DNA from: Candidatus Kaiserbacteria bacterium
GTDB lineage: Bacteria; Patescibacteriota; Minisyncoccia; Phycocordibacterales; UBA2100
Assembly: GCA_016432285.1 (NCBI GenBank)
Contig: CP066682.1
Coordinates: forward strand, 602,274-666,273
DNA: 64,000 bases
Direction of reading: 5' to 3'
Part shown: one piece after another, positions 1 to 8,656 of the stretch
How the letters are laid out: each line of letters starts with the position of its first letter
Position numbering within the stretch: the first letter of the stretch is position 1
The notes under the pieces: generated by a model
What the model was told of the DNA's origin: nothing
Database searches by the model: none
Seen by the model: the letters and a program-made list of their open reading frames with translations, nothing else
Made by a program: the position numbers and the translations under genes

Positions 1-15
1 CGAGCAACACTTCGG

Positions 16-525
16 TCATACGGCCTTTGCTTCACACGAGCGGCATTGTCCAAAAAATTCGAGCGAATGGGCTTTGATACGCGTGAAGTTGTGAGAGCGT
101 CGTAGCACATCTTTCTCCGCGCGCTCGCCGACGCAAAAATCAACGTCCTCGCTCGTGCCGCAATCGTCGCATGTGAGGTGGTGATGGTGCGTGTCGGCAA
201 GCTCGAAGCAGACGCCGCGCTGCCGGAGGTCGCTGCGGACAATCACCGTTTTTTGCGCCAACGCTTCGAGCGCCCGGTATACGTTGGCCTCGTCGAGAAA
301 ATCCCGCGCTGCGACGGCGATCTCGGAAATCGCGAGCGGCCGCGCAGCCGCCTTGAGGATCGAGAGGAGTTTCAGTCGGCCTTCCGTGGAACGAAAACCT
401 GCATCGCGAAGAATCGCCTGCAAGGCCTTGCGGTCGGTGCCCGCATAGTGCTTCAGCCGCGACAGCCGCGACGCATGGCTCGCTGCATTCTTTTTTCGGT
501 CGCGCGTACGGCGACTGGTGATCAT
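16..525 (-). CDS. Fur-family metal-responsive transcriptional regulator
   Basis: 169-aa ORF; C-terminal HHHHLTCxxCG...C metal-site signature and overall Fur/Zur/PerR architecture. Confidence 0.8.
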   Translation of the reverse strand: MITSRRTRDRKKNAASHASRLSRLKHYAGTDRKALQAILRDAGFRSTEGRLKLLSILKAAARPLAISEIAVAARDFLDEANVYRALEALAQKTVIVRSDLRQRGVCFELADTHHHHLTCDDCGTSEDVDFCVGERAEKDVLRRSHNFTRIKAHSLEFFGQCRSCEAKAV

Positions 526-635
526 CGCACGACTCTATCACTAACGCGAATTTCTTGCAATAGTGTCCGTGGGAAGGCCCCAGAATCTACTACCCTGCGG
601 CTGCCCCTTCCCTCCGCTCTTTCTTTTCCTACCGC

Positions 636-641
636 GTATAA
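636..641 (+). promoter_or_regulatory. -10 box TATAAT 7 nt upstream of dgkA ATG (leaderless-type promoter)
   Basis: TATAAT at 636-641, ATG at 649; no Shine-Dalgarno in between. Confidence 0.4.
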
Positions 642-648
642 TGGCTCC

Positions 649-1008
649 ATGCTGCATCAGAAACTCCGGAGCTTCCGCTATTCCATGAGAGGGCTCGCAA
701 TCGCGTGGCGTGAGGAGTTTAATTTCCGAGTCCACGCCGCAGCGACCGCGCTTGTACTCTTCCTCTCGTGGTTCCTCGGCATATCGGCAATCGAATTTCT
801 CTTCGTGCTTGGAGCGGTTACCCTCGTGCTCGCAGCCGAGCTCTTCAACACCGCGCTTGAGGAGCTCTGCGATAAGTTTGGCACCGATCCTGATCCGCAC
901 ATTGCAAAAATCAAAGACCTCGCCGCAGCGGCAGTTTCGGTGGCCGCACTCGGAGCGTTCGTGATCGGCAGCATAATCTTCATCCCCTACGTGCTCGCGC
1001 TCCTATGA
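649..1008 (+). CDS. dgkA: diacylglycerol kinase (prokaryotic DgkA family membrane protein)
   Basis: 120-aa internal start of the 178..1008 ORF; three TM helices; conserved AAEL(F/L)NTA(L/I)E motif; the longer ORF would overlap the divergent fur gene. Confidence 0.8.
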   Translation: MLHQKLRSFRYSMRGLAIAWREEFNFRVHAAATALVLFLSWFLGISAIEFLFVLGAVTLVLAAELFNTALEELCDKFGTDPDPHIAKIKDLAAAAVSVAALGAFVIGSIIFIPYVLALL

Positions 1009-1544
1009 GCGGCTTCGACACGTACGTACTCGAGGCACTCTATCGCCTCCGCGATCCGGAGTGGGTGCAAGCGCTCATCTGGATCAGCGAGCTCGGGAGC
1101 GCGTGGACCGTGTACGGACTTGCGGTCGCAGGAGCGCTCGCCTTCCTTTTCTACCGGAAGTACTCCACGGCCGCGGGACTCGCGCTTTGCATGGGTGCGG
1201 TCGGTGTGTTGATTCTTCTTCTCAAAGGCGTAACGGCACGCCCGAGGCCTCCGATCGAGTACCAGGCCTACCTCGAGATCTGGTATGCCTTCCCGAGCGC
1301 GCACGCGGCGCTCGCGGCGGCCTTTTATGGATTCCTGTTGCTACTTTCGTGGCGAGAAATACGTACTCCGCTGCTTCGGTTTGCGAGTATCTTCGCGCTC
1401 GCGCTCGTCATCGTCTTGGTCGGATTCAGCCGCGTCTATCTCGGCGTCCATTACGTAAGCGATGTGCTCGCGGGCTACCTCCTCGGCTTTTCATCAGCGT
1501 ACCTTGCGATGCGGTACGCGCGATTTGTTAAGATGCCGCGATGA
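1005..1544 (+). CDS. PAP2-family lipid phosphatase (undecaprenyl-diphosphate/phosphatidylglycerophosphate phosphatase-like)
   Basis: PSAH and SRVYLGVHYxSDV acid-phosphatase motifs; polytopic membrane protein; 4-nt overlap with dgkA. Confidence 0.7.
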   Translation: MSGFDTYVLEALYRLRDPEWVQALIWISELGSAWTVYGLAVAGALAFLFYRKYSTAAGLALCMGAVGVLILLLKGVTARPRPPIEYQAYLEIWYAFPSAHAALAAAFYGFLLLLSWREIRTPLLRFASIFALALVIVLVGFSRVYLGVHYVSDVLAGYLLGFSSAYLAMRYARFVKMPR

Positions 1545-2308
1545 CCATCTTTGATTCCATCGTCCTCGGGGTCGTCGAGGGCATCACCGAATTTTTGCCG
1601 ATCTCCTCGACCGGGCACCTCATCCTCGCGAGCGAGCTTCTGCGCATCCCCGATTCCGAATACCTCAAAACGTTCGAGATCGCGATCCAACTCGGCGCGA
1701 TCGGCAGTGTCGTCGCCCTCTACTGGAAATCATTTTTCGACGTCGAGATTCTGAAGCGCCTCGCAATCGGCTTCATCCCGACGGGCGTGATCGGACTCGC
1801 ATTCTACGGAATCGTGAAAACGTACCTCCTCGAGAGTACGGCTCTTGTGCTGTGGATGCTGCTTCTTGGCGGCGTCGCACTCATTGTCTTTGAGCTGCTG
1901 CACCGCGAACCGGGAGACGCCCCGGGCTCGGCGCACGATATTTCGTACCTGCAAGCAGCGCTCATCGGACTCTTCCAGTCGATCGCTATCGTGCCAGGAG
2001 TCTCGCGAAGCGCCGCGACCATCGTCGGCGGGCTTTTGCTCGGGATCCGGCGCGTTGCGATCGTTGAGTTTTCATTTCTCCTTGCTGTCCCGACGATGCT
2101 TGCAGCGACCGGGCTCGATCTTGTGAAAAACGCCAGCCTTTTCACTCCCGACCAGTTCCTCACGCTCGCGATCGGCTTTGCGACGGCCTTCCTCGTGGCA
2201 CTACTCGCCATCACATGGCTGCTCGCTTTCGTCCGCACCCGCTCGTTTATCTCGTTCGGCGTGTACCGTATCGTCATCGCGCTGTTTTTTATCGCCATTC
2301 TCCTGTAG
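1541..2308 (+). CDS. uppP: undecaprenyl-diphosphatase UppP/BacA
   Basis: EFLPISSTGHL signature near N-terminus; 255 aa polytopic; 4-nt overlap with preceding gene. Confidence 0.9.
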   Translation: MTIFDSIVLGVVEGITEFLPISSTGHLILASELLRIPDSEYLKTFEIAIQLGAIGSVVALYWKSFFDVEILKRLAIGFIPTGVIGLAFYGIVKTYLLESTALVLWMLLLGGVALIVFELLHREPGDAPGSAHDISYLQAALIGLFQSIAIVPGVSRSAATIVGGLLLGIRRVAIVEFSFLLAVPTMLAATGLDLVKNASLFTPDQFLTLAIGFATAFLVALLAITWLLAFVRTRSFISFGVYRIVIALFFIAILL

Positions 2309-2402
2309 CCCCTGCTTTTGACTCGCGGAGACTGGTATGACACCATCGCGAAGACCGACCTGAGCAAGAGTGAATCAGGTGAGGTAACGAAGGGAGCTGG
2401 AA

Positions 2403-2729
2403 ATGAAAACGCTTCTTTTTGCTTTTCTGTGGCCGTCTCAAGCGACGTGGCAACTCGGCGCCGGGATGTATCGCTTCGACACGCTCTGGATCCGGAACGC
2501 GGTCAGGATCTGCGTCGTCCTCGACGTACTGGTCCTCATCGCGATCGGTGCGATGATCGAAACGCGCGCGTTCGGCTGGTGGTTGGTGATCGCCGTGATC
2601 GCTCACGTCGTCATCGGATTCGTCTACCACATGACGTATCTCAACAGCCGCCTGAAAGAGGCGGAGGACAACAGCCGCCCCGGGAGCGAGCAGATCGTAA
2701 CCGGACCGACGACCCGCATTCGCGGATAG
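2403..2729 (+). CDS. small membrane protein, unknown function
   Basis: 108 aa, 3 hydrophobic helices; AAGGGAG SD 8 nt upstream; followed by a strong terminator. Confidence 0.5.
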   Translation: MKTLLFAFLWPSQATWQLGAGMYRFDTLWIRNAVRICVVLDVLVLIAIGAMIETRAFGWWLVIAVIAHVVIGFVYHMTYLNSRLKEAEDNSRPGSEQIVTGPTTRIRG

Positions 2730-2741
2730 CGCGCAGAGCTC

Positions 2742-2776
2742 GGCCCGGGCGGCAATCGCCCGGGCCATCGTTTTTT
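2742..2776 (+). terminator. rho-independent terminator
   Basis: GGCCCGGGCG-gcaat-CGCCCGGGCC perfect 10-bp stem followed by TTTTTT. Confidence 0.7.
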
Positions 2777-3293
2777 ACGATCGCCGGATACCCAACGTCG
2801 ATACATCGAACGCTTCGTTTTGGATCACCCAACGGTAGAGCGCAGGGGCAAGCAACACAGAGAAAGTGATCGTCCCAGTGAGGTGCATGAGCGTAAACGG
2901 GATTTGGCCCACGACTGCGACTGCGAACGACTGGTTGTTGAAAAGAGGGCCGATGAGCATGGTGACCGCGTCGTAGATGATCGTCGCCGGCACGCCGAAC
3001 ACAAGAAAATTCTTCACCGACGCGGCGCGATTTTTGAAAAAGTAGTGCGCGCCGAGCCCCAGGAGGCCGTACGAAAGCGCCGTGACAGCTGTCCAGCTGC
3101 CCCATCCACTCGTTACCGCGTCGTAGAGGACGATGCCGAGGAAGCCGAACAAAAAGCTGCCTGCCGGGCCGTACCGCTTCGAGAAAGGCATCACCGTCGC
3201 GAGCATCGGCTCAAAATTCGGCGGCCGGAAGGGGATCAGCCGGAAGAGAAAAACGGCCACCCAACCGATCACGAATTTGAGTGATGAATCCAT
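2775..3293 (-). CDS. polytopic membrane protein (possible ECF-transporter S-component-like), unknown function
   Basis: 172 aa, 5-6 predicted TM helices; no confident family assignment. Confidence 0.55.
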   Translation of the reverse strand: MDSSLKFVIGWVAVFLFRLIPFRPPNFEPMLATVMPFSKRYGPAGSFLFGFLGIVLYDAVTSGWGSWTAVTALSYGLLGLGAHYFFKNRAASVKNFLVFGVPATIIYDAVTMLIGPLFNNQSFAVAVVGQIPFTLMHLTGTITFSVLLAPALYRWVIQNEAFDVSTLGIRRS

Positions 3294-3346
3294 GGGATTA
3301 CGACTATACCACGAGCTGCTTGCGGTAAACGTGTCGAACTGTGCAC

Positions 3347-3372
3347 AAAACCCCGCCGAAGGCGGGGTTTTG
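3347..3372. terminator. bidirectional rho-independent terminator
   Basis: AAAACCCCGCC-gaag-GGCGGGGTTTT; A-run one side, T-run the other. Confidence 0.7.
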
Positions 3373-3384
3373 TGCTAAGTGGGA

Positions 3385-3890
3385 TTAGTCGTTCTTTTCG
3401 TGGCCGATCTTGAGGCCGTTGTTGAATCCGAAGAACCATCCCTTGTGCTTGCCGTGCTTCTCCTTCCACTCCTTCATGTTCTCCTTGAAGGCCTTCGTGG
3501 AGGTGGCCATTCTTTCCTTGATCGCTTTGGCCTCAACCGTGAGGTTGGCGCCCGATCCGGAGAGCTTGCCGAAGAAGCTCACGGTATCACCGACGGCGAT
3601 CTCGAGAAGCCCCGTGAATCCCTTGCCAAACTTCCCAAAGAGGGTCGTCGACGAGGCGATTACGTTCCAGTTGATGGTGTTGCCACCGAGATTGGTCGTG
3701 GCGGTGAGGCCCGTGGTCGAGGTGGCTGTAACGGTAGCACCGCGTACGAAGGCGTTGCCATCGCGCTGATAAAGACGCCGGTGCCGCCCTTGGTGTCGGC
3801 GCTGACCGCAGCGATGCCGAAGGCAAAGAACATGATCATGCCGATCACAAGCGGCACGGAGTACTTAGCTACGAATTTTCTGGTTGTCAT
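3385..3890 (-). pseudogene. signal/TM-anchored Thr/Gly-rich secreted protein interrupted by a +/-1 frameshift (or sequencing error)
   Basis: N-terminal part (MTTRKF...TKGGTGVFISA) and C-terminal part (...GNAFVRGATVTATSTTGLTATTNLGG...KEWKEKHGKHKGWFFGF) lie in adjacent frames and join near 3780-3795. Confidence 0.45.
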
Positions 3891-4006
3891 GAGATGTTGG
3901 CGCGCAGGCTCTTTAAGTAAATACCTGCCGCCTGTATGAAGACGGGCCGACCGCCGTCGTCTTTCTTGACAACATTCATCTTTTATTGTTTCGTCTGTTG
4001 AGGCCG

Positions 4007-4033
4007 AAATATGGACATTCGATGTCCATATTT
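4007..4033. promoter_or_regulatory. perfect 12-bp inverted repeat with 3-bp spacer (AAATATGGACAT-tcg-ATGTCCATATTT), operator-like
   Basis: AT-rich perfect palindrome in an intergenic region about 120 nt upstream of the 3890 start codon. Confidence 0.35.
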
Positions 4034-4065
4034 TCTTCATTTTGCACGCACCGCTACCCTATCGA

Positions 4066-4713
4066 TCAACCCAGATGCGCGTGGTCGTTCCACACTTCGA
4101 GCACCCATTCCGACCGGGCCGTCTTATTCACTTCCCCACCGCGCGTCGCTACGGAGAGCGCCGTATTTTCGAGCTGTCCGAATCCGTTGATGACATGCCG
4201 ACACTCGTGCGAGGTCATTTCCTTGCCGAATAGAATGGCGGCCGCCACTACGTACATAAAGAAACCGTGGCTCACGACCAGAATGTTGCTCTCCGTTCGC
4301 TCTGCCAGAAAGTCGAGCGCTGCCAGTGCACGCATTTTCAAGTCTTCAAAATTTTCGCCGCCCGGGAATCTCCAACCGGGTTCGTCGAAACGATCCCACG
4401 ATTCCATGACGATTTTCCGCACCTCGGGATCATCATGATCTCTTCCGAGAATGACGGTCGCGGTTATTCGCTCCCGAAACAGCGCTGAAAACTCAGTCTT
4501 GAGATTTGTTCCTGCGACGATGTGGCCCGCGGTTTGTCGCGCACGCTCCATATCGCTCGCAACCACAACATCGATCGGAAGCTGCTGGCATCGCTTTGCA
4601 ATCTCGAGTGCCTGCGCCTCTCCCGCCTTCGAAAGCGGAGTGTCGATGTCGTTGTACTTGTGTGTGGCGTTATTGACACTCTCGCCGTGCCGCACGAAGT
4701 AAACGGTTTTCAT
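4066..4713 (-). CDS. histidine phosphatase superfamily protein (phosphoglycerate mutase-like)
   Basis: N-terminal VRHGES (RHG catalytic motif); 215 aa. Confidence 0.75.
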   Translation of the reverse strand: MKTVYFVRHGESVNNATHKYNDIDTPLSKAGEAQALEIAKRCQQLPIDVVVASDMERARQTAGHIVAGTNLKTEFSALFRERITATVILGRDHDDPEVRKIVMESWDRFDEPGWRFPGGENFEDLKMRALAALDFLAERTESNILVVSHGFFMYVVAAAILFGKEMTSHECRHVINGFGQLENTALSVATRGGEVNKTARSEWVLEVWNDHAHLG

Positions 4714-4715
4714 CG

Positions 4716-5954
4716 TTAGAGTACGAACTTCCCGTCTTTGTAGATCACTTTCATGGATCCGTCTTTAAGATGCGCAGTTACGGTCCGGCGCGTCGTCGAG
4801 ATCATGTCGGTGTGCACAGAGGAGTCGTTGAAGCCGAGCTTTTTAGCCTGCGCCTTTGTGAGCTTCGATACATCTCCAGAAAAGGTGTCTTTGTACGACA
4901 TGCCGACCGCGATGTGCGTGTTGCCAAAAGGTCCGCCCATGTTTTCGTCGAAGAGCGTCTCGGCCATGAACTTCGTGATCCGTGAGTGGCGACGATCAGT
5001 GAGCGAGTATTCGCCGATCTGATCCGCGCCGGGCGTCGCGACCATTTGTTTGAGGAGCTTCTCGTTGGTCTTGGCTGTGGCCTTCACCACTTTCCCCTTT
5101 TTGAACCACAGTTGAATGCCGGTAACCTTGCTGCCGTAGCGGTATAGCGGCTGGTTGAAGCGAATCCACCCTTCGGTGCCGCGCCAATCGGGCGAGGTGA
5201 AGATCTCGAAGCTTGGCATGTTGAAGCCGCGTCCCGCGAGCCATTGACGCTTTTCCCCGAGTGCGATCCACAAATCCATGTCGGGCCCTACGGCGTGCAG
5301 CCTGTCGATCTTCGGCGAGAGCTTGTTGAGCGCGAGCTTGTAGCGCTCGATCTCGCGATACACCTCCTTCCATTTTTTGATCGGATCTTTCTGATCCAAA
5401 AAACACGCCTTGATGATCTGGTTCCAGTATTCCTTTTCGGAAAGCCCCGCCTCTTTGGCCATGGCGGGCGTGCCGTACATGCCGAGCGTCCATGTGAACT
5501 TCCCTTTGTGCTGCTTTTCGTTGCGCCAGTCCATAAAAGGCTTCAGGGCAACGCCGCGGCGCATGATTTTTTTGGGGTCAATGCCATCGAGCGCGTGCAT
5601 ATCGGCGTCGGAGAGAATGAAGAGCGAGTGGTCTATCTGATCGATGAGGCCCTTGAGGTACTTCGCGGGGAAAAAGTCGAGCTGCTCGTCGCTCGCGTGT
5701 TCGTAGAAGTAGCGGGTGAAGCTCTCGTTGCGGCGCTTGTCGCCCTGTTCGTCGTCCGGCGAATAATGGCCGACCACGTGGCCGCCGGATTTGACGATGG
5801 CGTTGCAGATTGCGACGTAGAGCGGCTTACATGATTCGTTGCCCGAAACGCGCACGACGTCGCCCTTCCTGATCCCCTTGCCCATGTTGAGGGCGAAGTT
5901 TACGAGCACGTCGGCGTATCTTTCTAAAATTTTCCTGCTGGGTTTGTATGCCAT
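4716..5954 (-). CDS. M29-family aminopeptidase (AmpS/PepS, aminopeptidase T-like)
   Basis: 412 aa; N-terminal ERYADVLVNFALNMGKGxxKGDVVRV typical of the M29 family. Confidence 0.8.
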   Translation of the reverse strand: MAYKPSRKILERYADVLVNFALNMGKGIRKGDVVRVSGNESCKPLYVAICNAIVKSGGHVVGHYSPDDEQGDKRRNESFTRYFYEHASDEQLDFFPAKYLKGLIDQIDHSLFILSDADMHALDGIDPKKIMRRGVALKPFMDWRNEKQHKGKFTWTLGMYGTPAMAKEAGLSEKEYWNQIIKACFLDQKDPIKKWKEVYREIERYKLALNKLSPKIDRLHAVGPDMDLWIALGEKRQWLAGRGFNMPSFEIFTSPDWRGTEGWIRFNQPLYRYGSKVTGIQLWFKKGKVVKATAKTNEKLLKQMVATPGADQIGEYSLTDRRHSRITKFMAETLFDENMGGPFGNTHIAVGMSYKDTFSGDVSKLTKAQAKKLGFNDSSVHTDMISTTRRTVTAHLKDGSMKVIYKDGKFVL

Positions 5955-5986
5955 TGCGATACAGTAACAAACTTTTCTTCCATCAC

Positions 5987-6011
5987 AAAAGCCCCGCGGT
6001 GCGGGGCTTTT
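5987..6011. terminator. rho-independent terminator (bidirectional shape)
   Basis: AAAAGCCCCGC-ggt-GCGGGGCTTTT just downstream of the 6028..6984 gene. Confidence 0.7.
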
Positions 6012-6027
6012 GGAAAAAGCCTGCGAG

Positions 6028-6984
6028 TTAGTTGGCGCTCACCGATCCGGAAGCATCGGCCGCTGCCGTGGCAGAGGCAGATGCGTCGGCCGCAAGCTCG
6101 CTTTCCATCACCGCTTTCATTTCGGCGACGAGCTTCGCCTGGGCTTCCGCCGCAAGCTTCGCAGCCGCGTCAGCGTTGGCACCGGCCTCGGCTGCGGCAT
6201 TCGCGCCCGCGCTGCCGCTCACCGATGTGCCGTTGATTTCCGCGCCGCCTTCCGCCGCAAGCGTCGCATCTACCGTGCTCTGGAGTTTCGCTTCGAGCGC
6301 CGCCTCATTGGTGCTCGCCAGGAAGGCATACCACGGGAAGCGCACGTCCACATCACCCTTTGCGTCGACGTTCGCGGTCGCGTTCAAGGTGATCGGGATG
6401 AAGCCGAAGAGCTTCGCGTGCTGCTTGTAGGTGACAGCCACGTTGTCTGTCGACACCTCGATGCGGGAGACGTTCTTGTCGCCCTTGACCTGCGCTTTCA
6501 CGAACGCGCCGAGATCGGCCTGCGACCTCACGCTCGTCGCTCCCAGGGAGACAATAGCTTTATCGTCCGCGTCAACGTCGCCGCGCGTAATGACGAGCAC
6601 TTCAATACCGGAGTTGGCAGAGGTGCTGGCCCCCGCACTCGCGCTGCCACTGCCGGAGCTATCGGCACTGGTGCCCGCGTTTGTGTCGTTGGTGTTGGCG
6701 GAGTCGCCCGAGCCCGCATCACTGCCTCCGGCACTGCCGACGATCGCGTTGAAGACGCCTTTGACCCCGGCCCCAAGACCGGCATCGAAGAAGCCGCCCA
6801 CAGATGCATCACTTGAAGCGCTACCGCTCCCGGAGACACTCGTCGAGCCGACGTTGGCTGCAACACTGGCATCGAGAGAGGCATTGCCGCTTACTGAGTA
6901 TTCTGCCGCCGCCGCAGGAAGCGCAAGACCGAGCGTCATCGCAGTAGCGACCGCGGTAGAAAGAATTTTCTTACTGATGTTCAT
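6028..6984 (-). CDS. secreted Ala/Ser/Gly-rich protein, unknown function
   Basis: 318 aa; N-terminal signal peptide (MNISKKILSTAVATAMTLGLALPAAAA); low-complexity S/G/A/D-rich regions flank a central globular segment. Confidence 0.6.
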   Translation of the reverse strand: MNISKKILSTAVATAMTLGLALPAAAAEYSVSGNASLDASVAANVGSTSVSGSGSASSDASVGGFFDAGLGAGVKGVFNAIVGSAGGSDAGSGDSANTNDTNAGTSADSSGSGSASAGASTSANSGIEVLVITRGDVDADDKAIVSLGATSVRSQADLGAFVKAQVKGDKNVSRIEVSTDNVAVTYKQHAKLFGFIPITLNATANVDAKGDVDVRFPWYAFLASTNEAALEAKLQSTVDATLAAEGGAEINGTSVSGSAGANAAAEAGANADAAAKLAAEAQAKLVAEMKAVMESELAADASASATAAADASGSVSAN

Positions 6985-7138
6985 AGTGAATTCTTTTAAT
7001 TGCTAATTTCGTTGTAAGCCCTTTAAGGGCGTAGACCTCAGAATACCTCCAAGATCTCAGCTCATGAAGACGGTTCATGCTGAGGCGCATTACCTTCTCG
7101 GCAGATGTCGTAGAATGGCTCAACAGAGCCATTAAATA

Positions 7139-8632
7139 TCACTTGCCTGAGATTTCTCGTGCACGTTCGCGAATATCGATCGGGTATACCCCATTGAAAC
7201 AAGATGTCGAAAAATTCGATTCAGGGAGAGCTGTCGCGGCGATCATCCCTTCGTATGAAAGATACGTGAGCGACGTGGCGTCGAGATATGCTCTGATTTC
7301 TTCGATCGACTTTGTTGCAGCGATGAGATCGGTCTGTTTCGGCGTATCGATTCCGTAGAAATCCGGGAATCTTACCGGTGGCGACGAGACAAGAAAATGC
7401 ACTTCCTTCGCGCCTGCCTCGAAAAGCATCTCGACGATCTGGCGCGACGTGGTACCGCGCACGATCGAATCATCCATGACGGCGACACGCTTGCCGCGGA
7501 TCACGGAAGGAATCGGCGTGAGCTTGGCCTTTACCCCCTGCTCGCGCACATGCTGCTCGGGCGTGATGAATGTGCGATGGATGTATCTGTTTTTAGTGAG
7601 ACCCACTTCCATGGGGATTCCGGTCGCCTGCGAATAGCCAATGCTCGCGGGGATAGCGGTTTCAGGCACCGGAATTACCACATCAACGTCTGCTTTGTAT
7701 TCCTTGGCGAGCTGTCGACCGCTTTCCTTGCGCATGTCGTAGACCGACTTCCCCAAAAGCTCGCTGTCCGGGCGGGCGAAGTAGACGAACTCGAAGATGT
7801 CGAGCTTGAGGTTTGCGGGCACCACCTGCTCGCTCCGCAATCCTTGACTATCGATCACGACCATTTCCCCCGGATTGATCTCCCGCTCAAGCGTCGCGCC
7901 GATCGGCGGGAAGGCACAGGTCTCCGAGGCGATCACGTAGCCCCCATTGAGGCGCGCGAGCGCAAGCGGACGGATGCCGCACTGATCGCGCGCCGCCACG
8001 AGTGTGTCGTTGGACATGACGAGAATCGAAAACGCGCCGGTAAAGAGCGGGTACGAATCCTTCACCGCGCTCGGCAGATCCACTCCCTCGCGCATCCGCG
8101 CCGCGATTGCTTCCACCATCATGCGCGAATCGGAAAATTCCGACGGATCGATCCCCTTTCCGCGTAGGTACGCTTCGAGCTCCTTCGTGCTCGGGAGGTT
8201 GCCGTTGTGCGCGAGCGCGATCGCGCCGTCGTCCGGTCCGGAGGCGAGCGAGATCGAGTCGTTGAGGCTCGGATTCGGATCCTCGTAGAGCACCTTCTGA
8301 ATCGTGGTGGAGCCTGCCGCGAGCATGGGCTGCGCGTGCTTCACCTTGGAGCCACCGGTCGTCGAATAACGATTATGCGAGACCGCGAGGTGGCCCGGAA
8401 GACCTTTCAAAATGTCATCATTGAAAACCTGCGAGACGAGACCCATGCCCTTGTAGAGCGTGAGCGTATCGCCGTTGCTGGTGGCAATACCCGAGCTCTC
8501 CTGTCCGCGATGTTGGAGCGCGAAGAGTCCGAAGAAGGAGAGTCGCGCGACGTCGAGGCCCTTACCGTAGACCCCGAAGACCGCGCACTTTTCTCCGAGT
8601 TGCTCCATAGAGAAAGAGGGATTGTACCACAC
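7139..8632 (-). CDS. purF: amidophosphoribosyltransferase
   Basis: 497 aa; class-II glutamine amidotransferase N-terminal segment (CAVFGV) and PRTase domain. Confidence 0.9.
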   Translation of the reverse strand: MWYNPSFSMEQLGEKCAVFGVYGKGLDVARLSFFGLFALQHRGQESSGIATSNGDTLTLYKGMGLVSQVFNDDILKGLPGHLAVSHNRYSTTGGSKVKHAQPMLAAGSTTIQKVLYEDPNPSLNDSISLASGPDDGAIALAHNGNLPSTKELEAYLRGKGIDPSEFSDSRMMVEAIAARMREGVDLPSAVKDSYPLFTGAFSILVMSNDTLVAARDQCGIRPLALARLNGGYVIASETCAFPPIGATLEREINPGEMVVIDSQGLRSEQVVPANLKLDIFEFVYFARPDSELLGKSVYDMRKESGRQLAKEYKADVDVVIPVPETAIPASIGYSQATGIPMEVGLTKNRYIHRTFITPEQHVREQGVKAKLTPIPSVIRGKRVAVMDDSIVRGTTSRQIVEMLFEAGAKEVHFLVSSPPVRFPDFYGIDTPKQTDLIAATKSIEEIRAYLDATSLTYLSYEGMIAATALPESNFSTSCFNGVYPIDIRERAREISGK

Positions 8633-8656
8633 AAGCCCGCCCCGGCTAAGACGCGG

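Noticed and set aside
526-648. Fur box in the fur-dgkA divergent region
   Set aside because: No 19-bp GATAATGATAATCATTATC-like palindrome is visible.
178-1008. 276-aa ORF extending dgkA upstream
   Set aside because: The extension would overlap the divergent fur gene. The conserved DgkA starts at the internal ATG (649), 7 nt after a TATAAT box.
7050-7095. Hairpin CTCAGC...CATGAA-gacgg-TTCATG...CTGAG downstream of purF as terminator
   Set aside because: There is no U-tract on either strand and the stem is imperfect. It is probably just local secondary structure.
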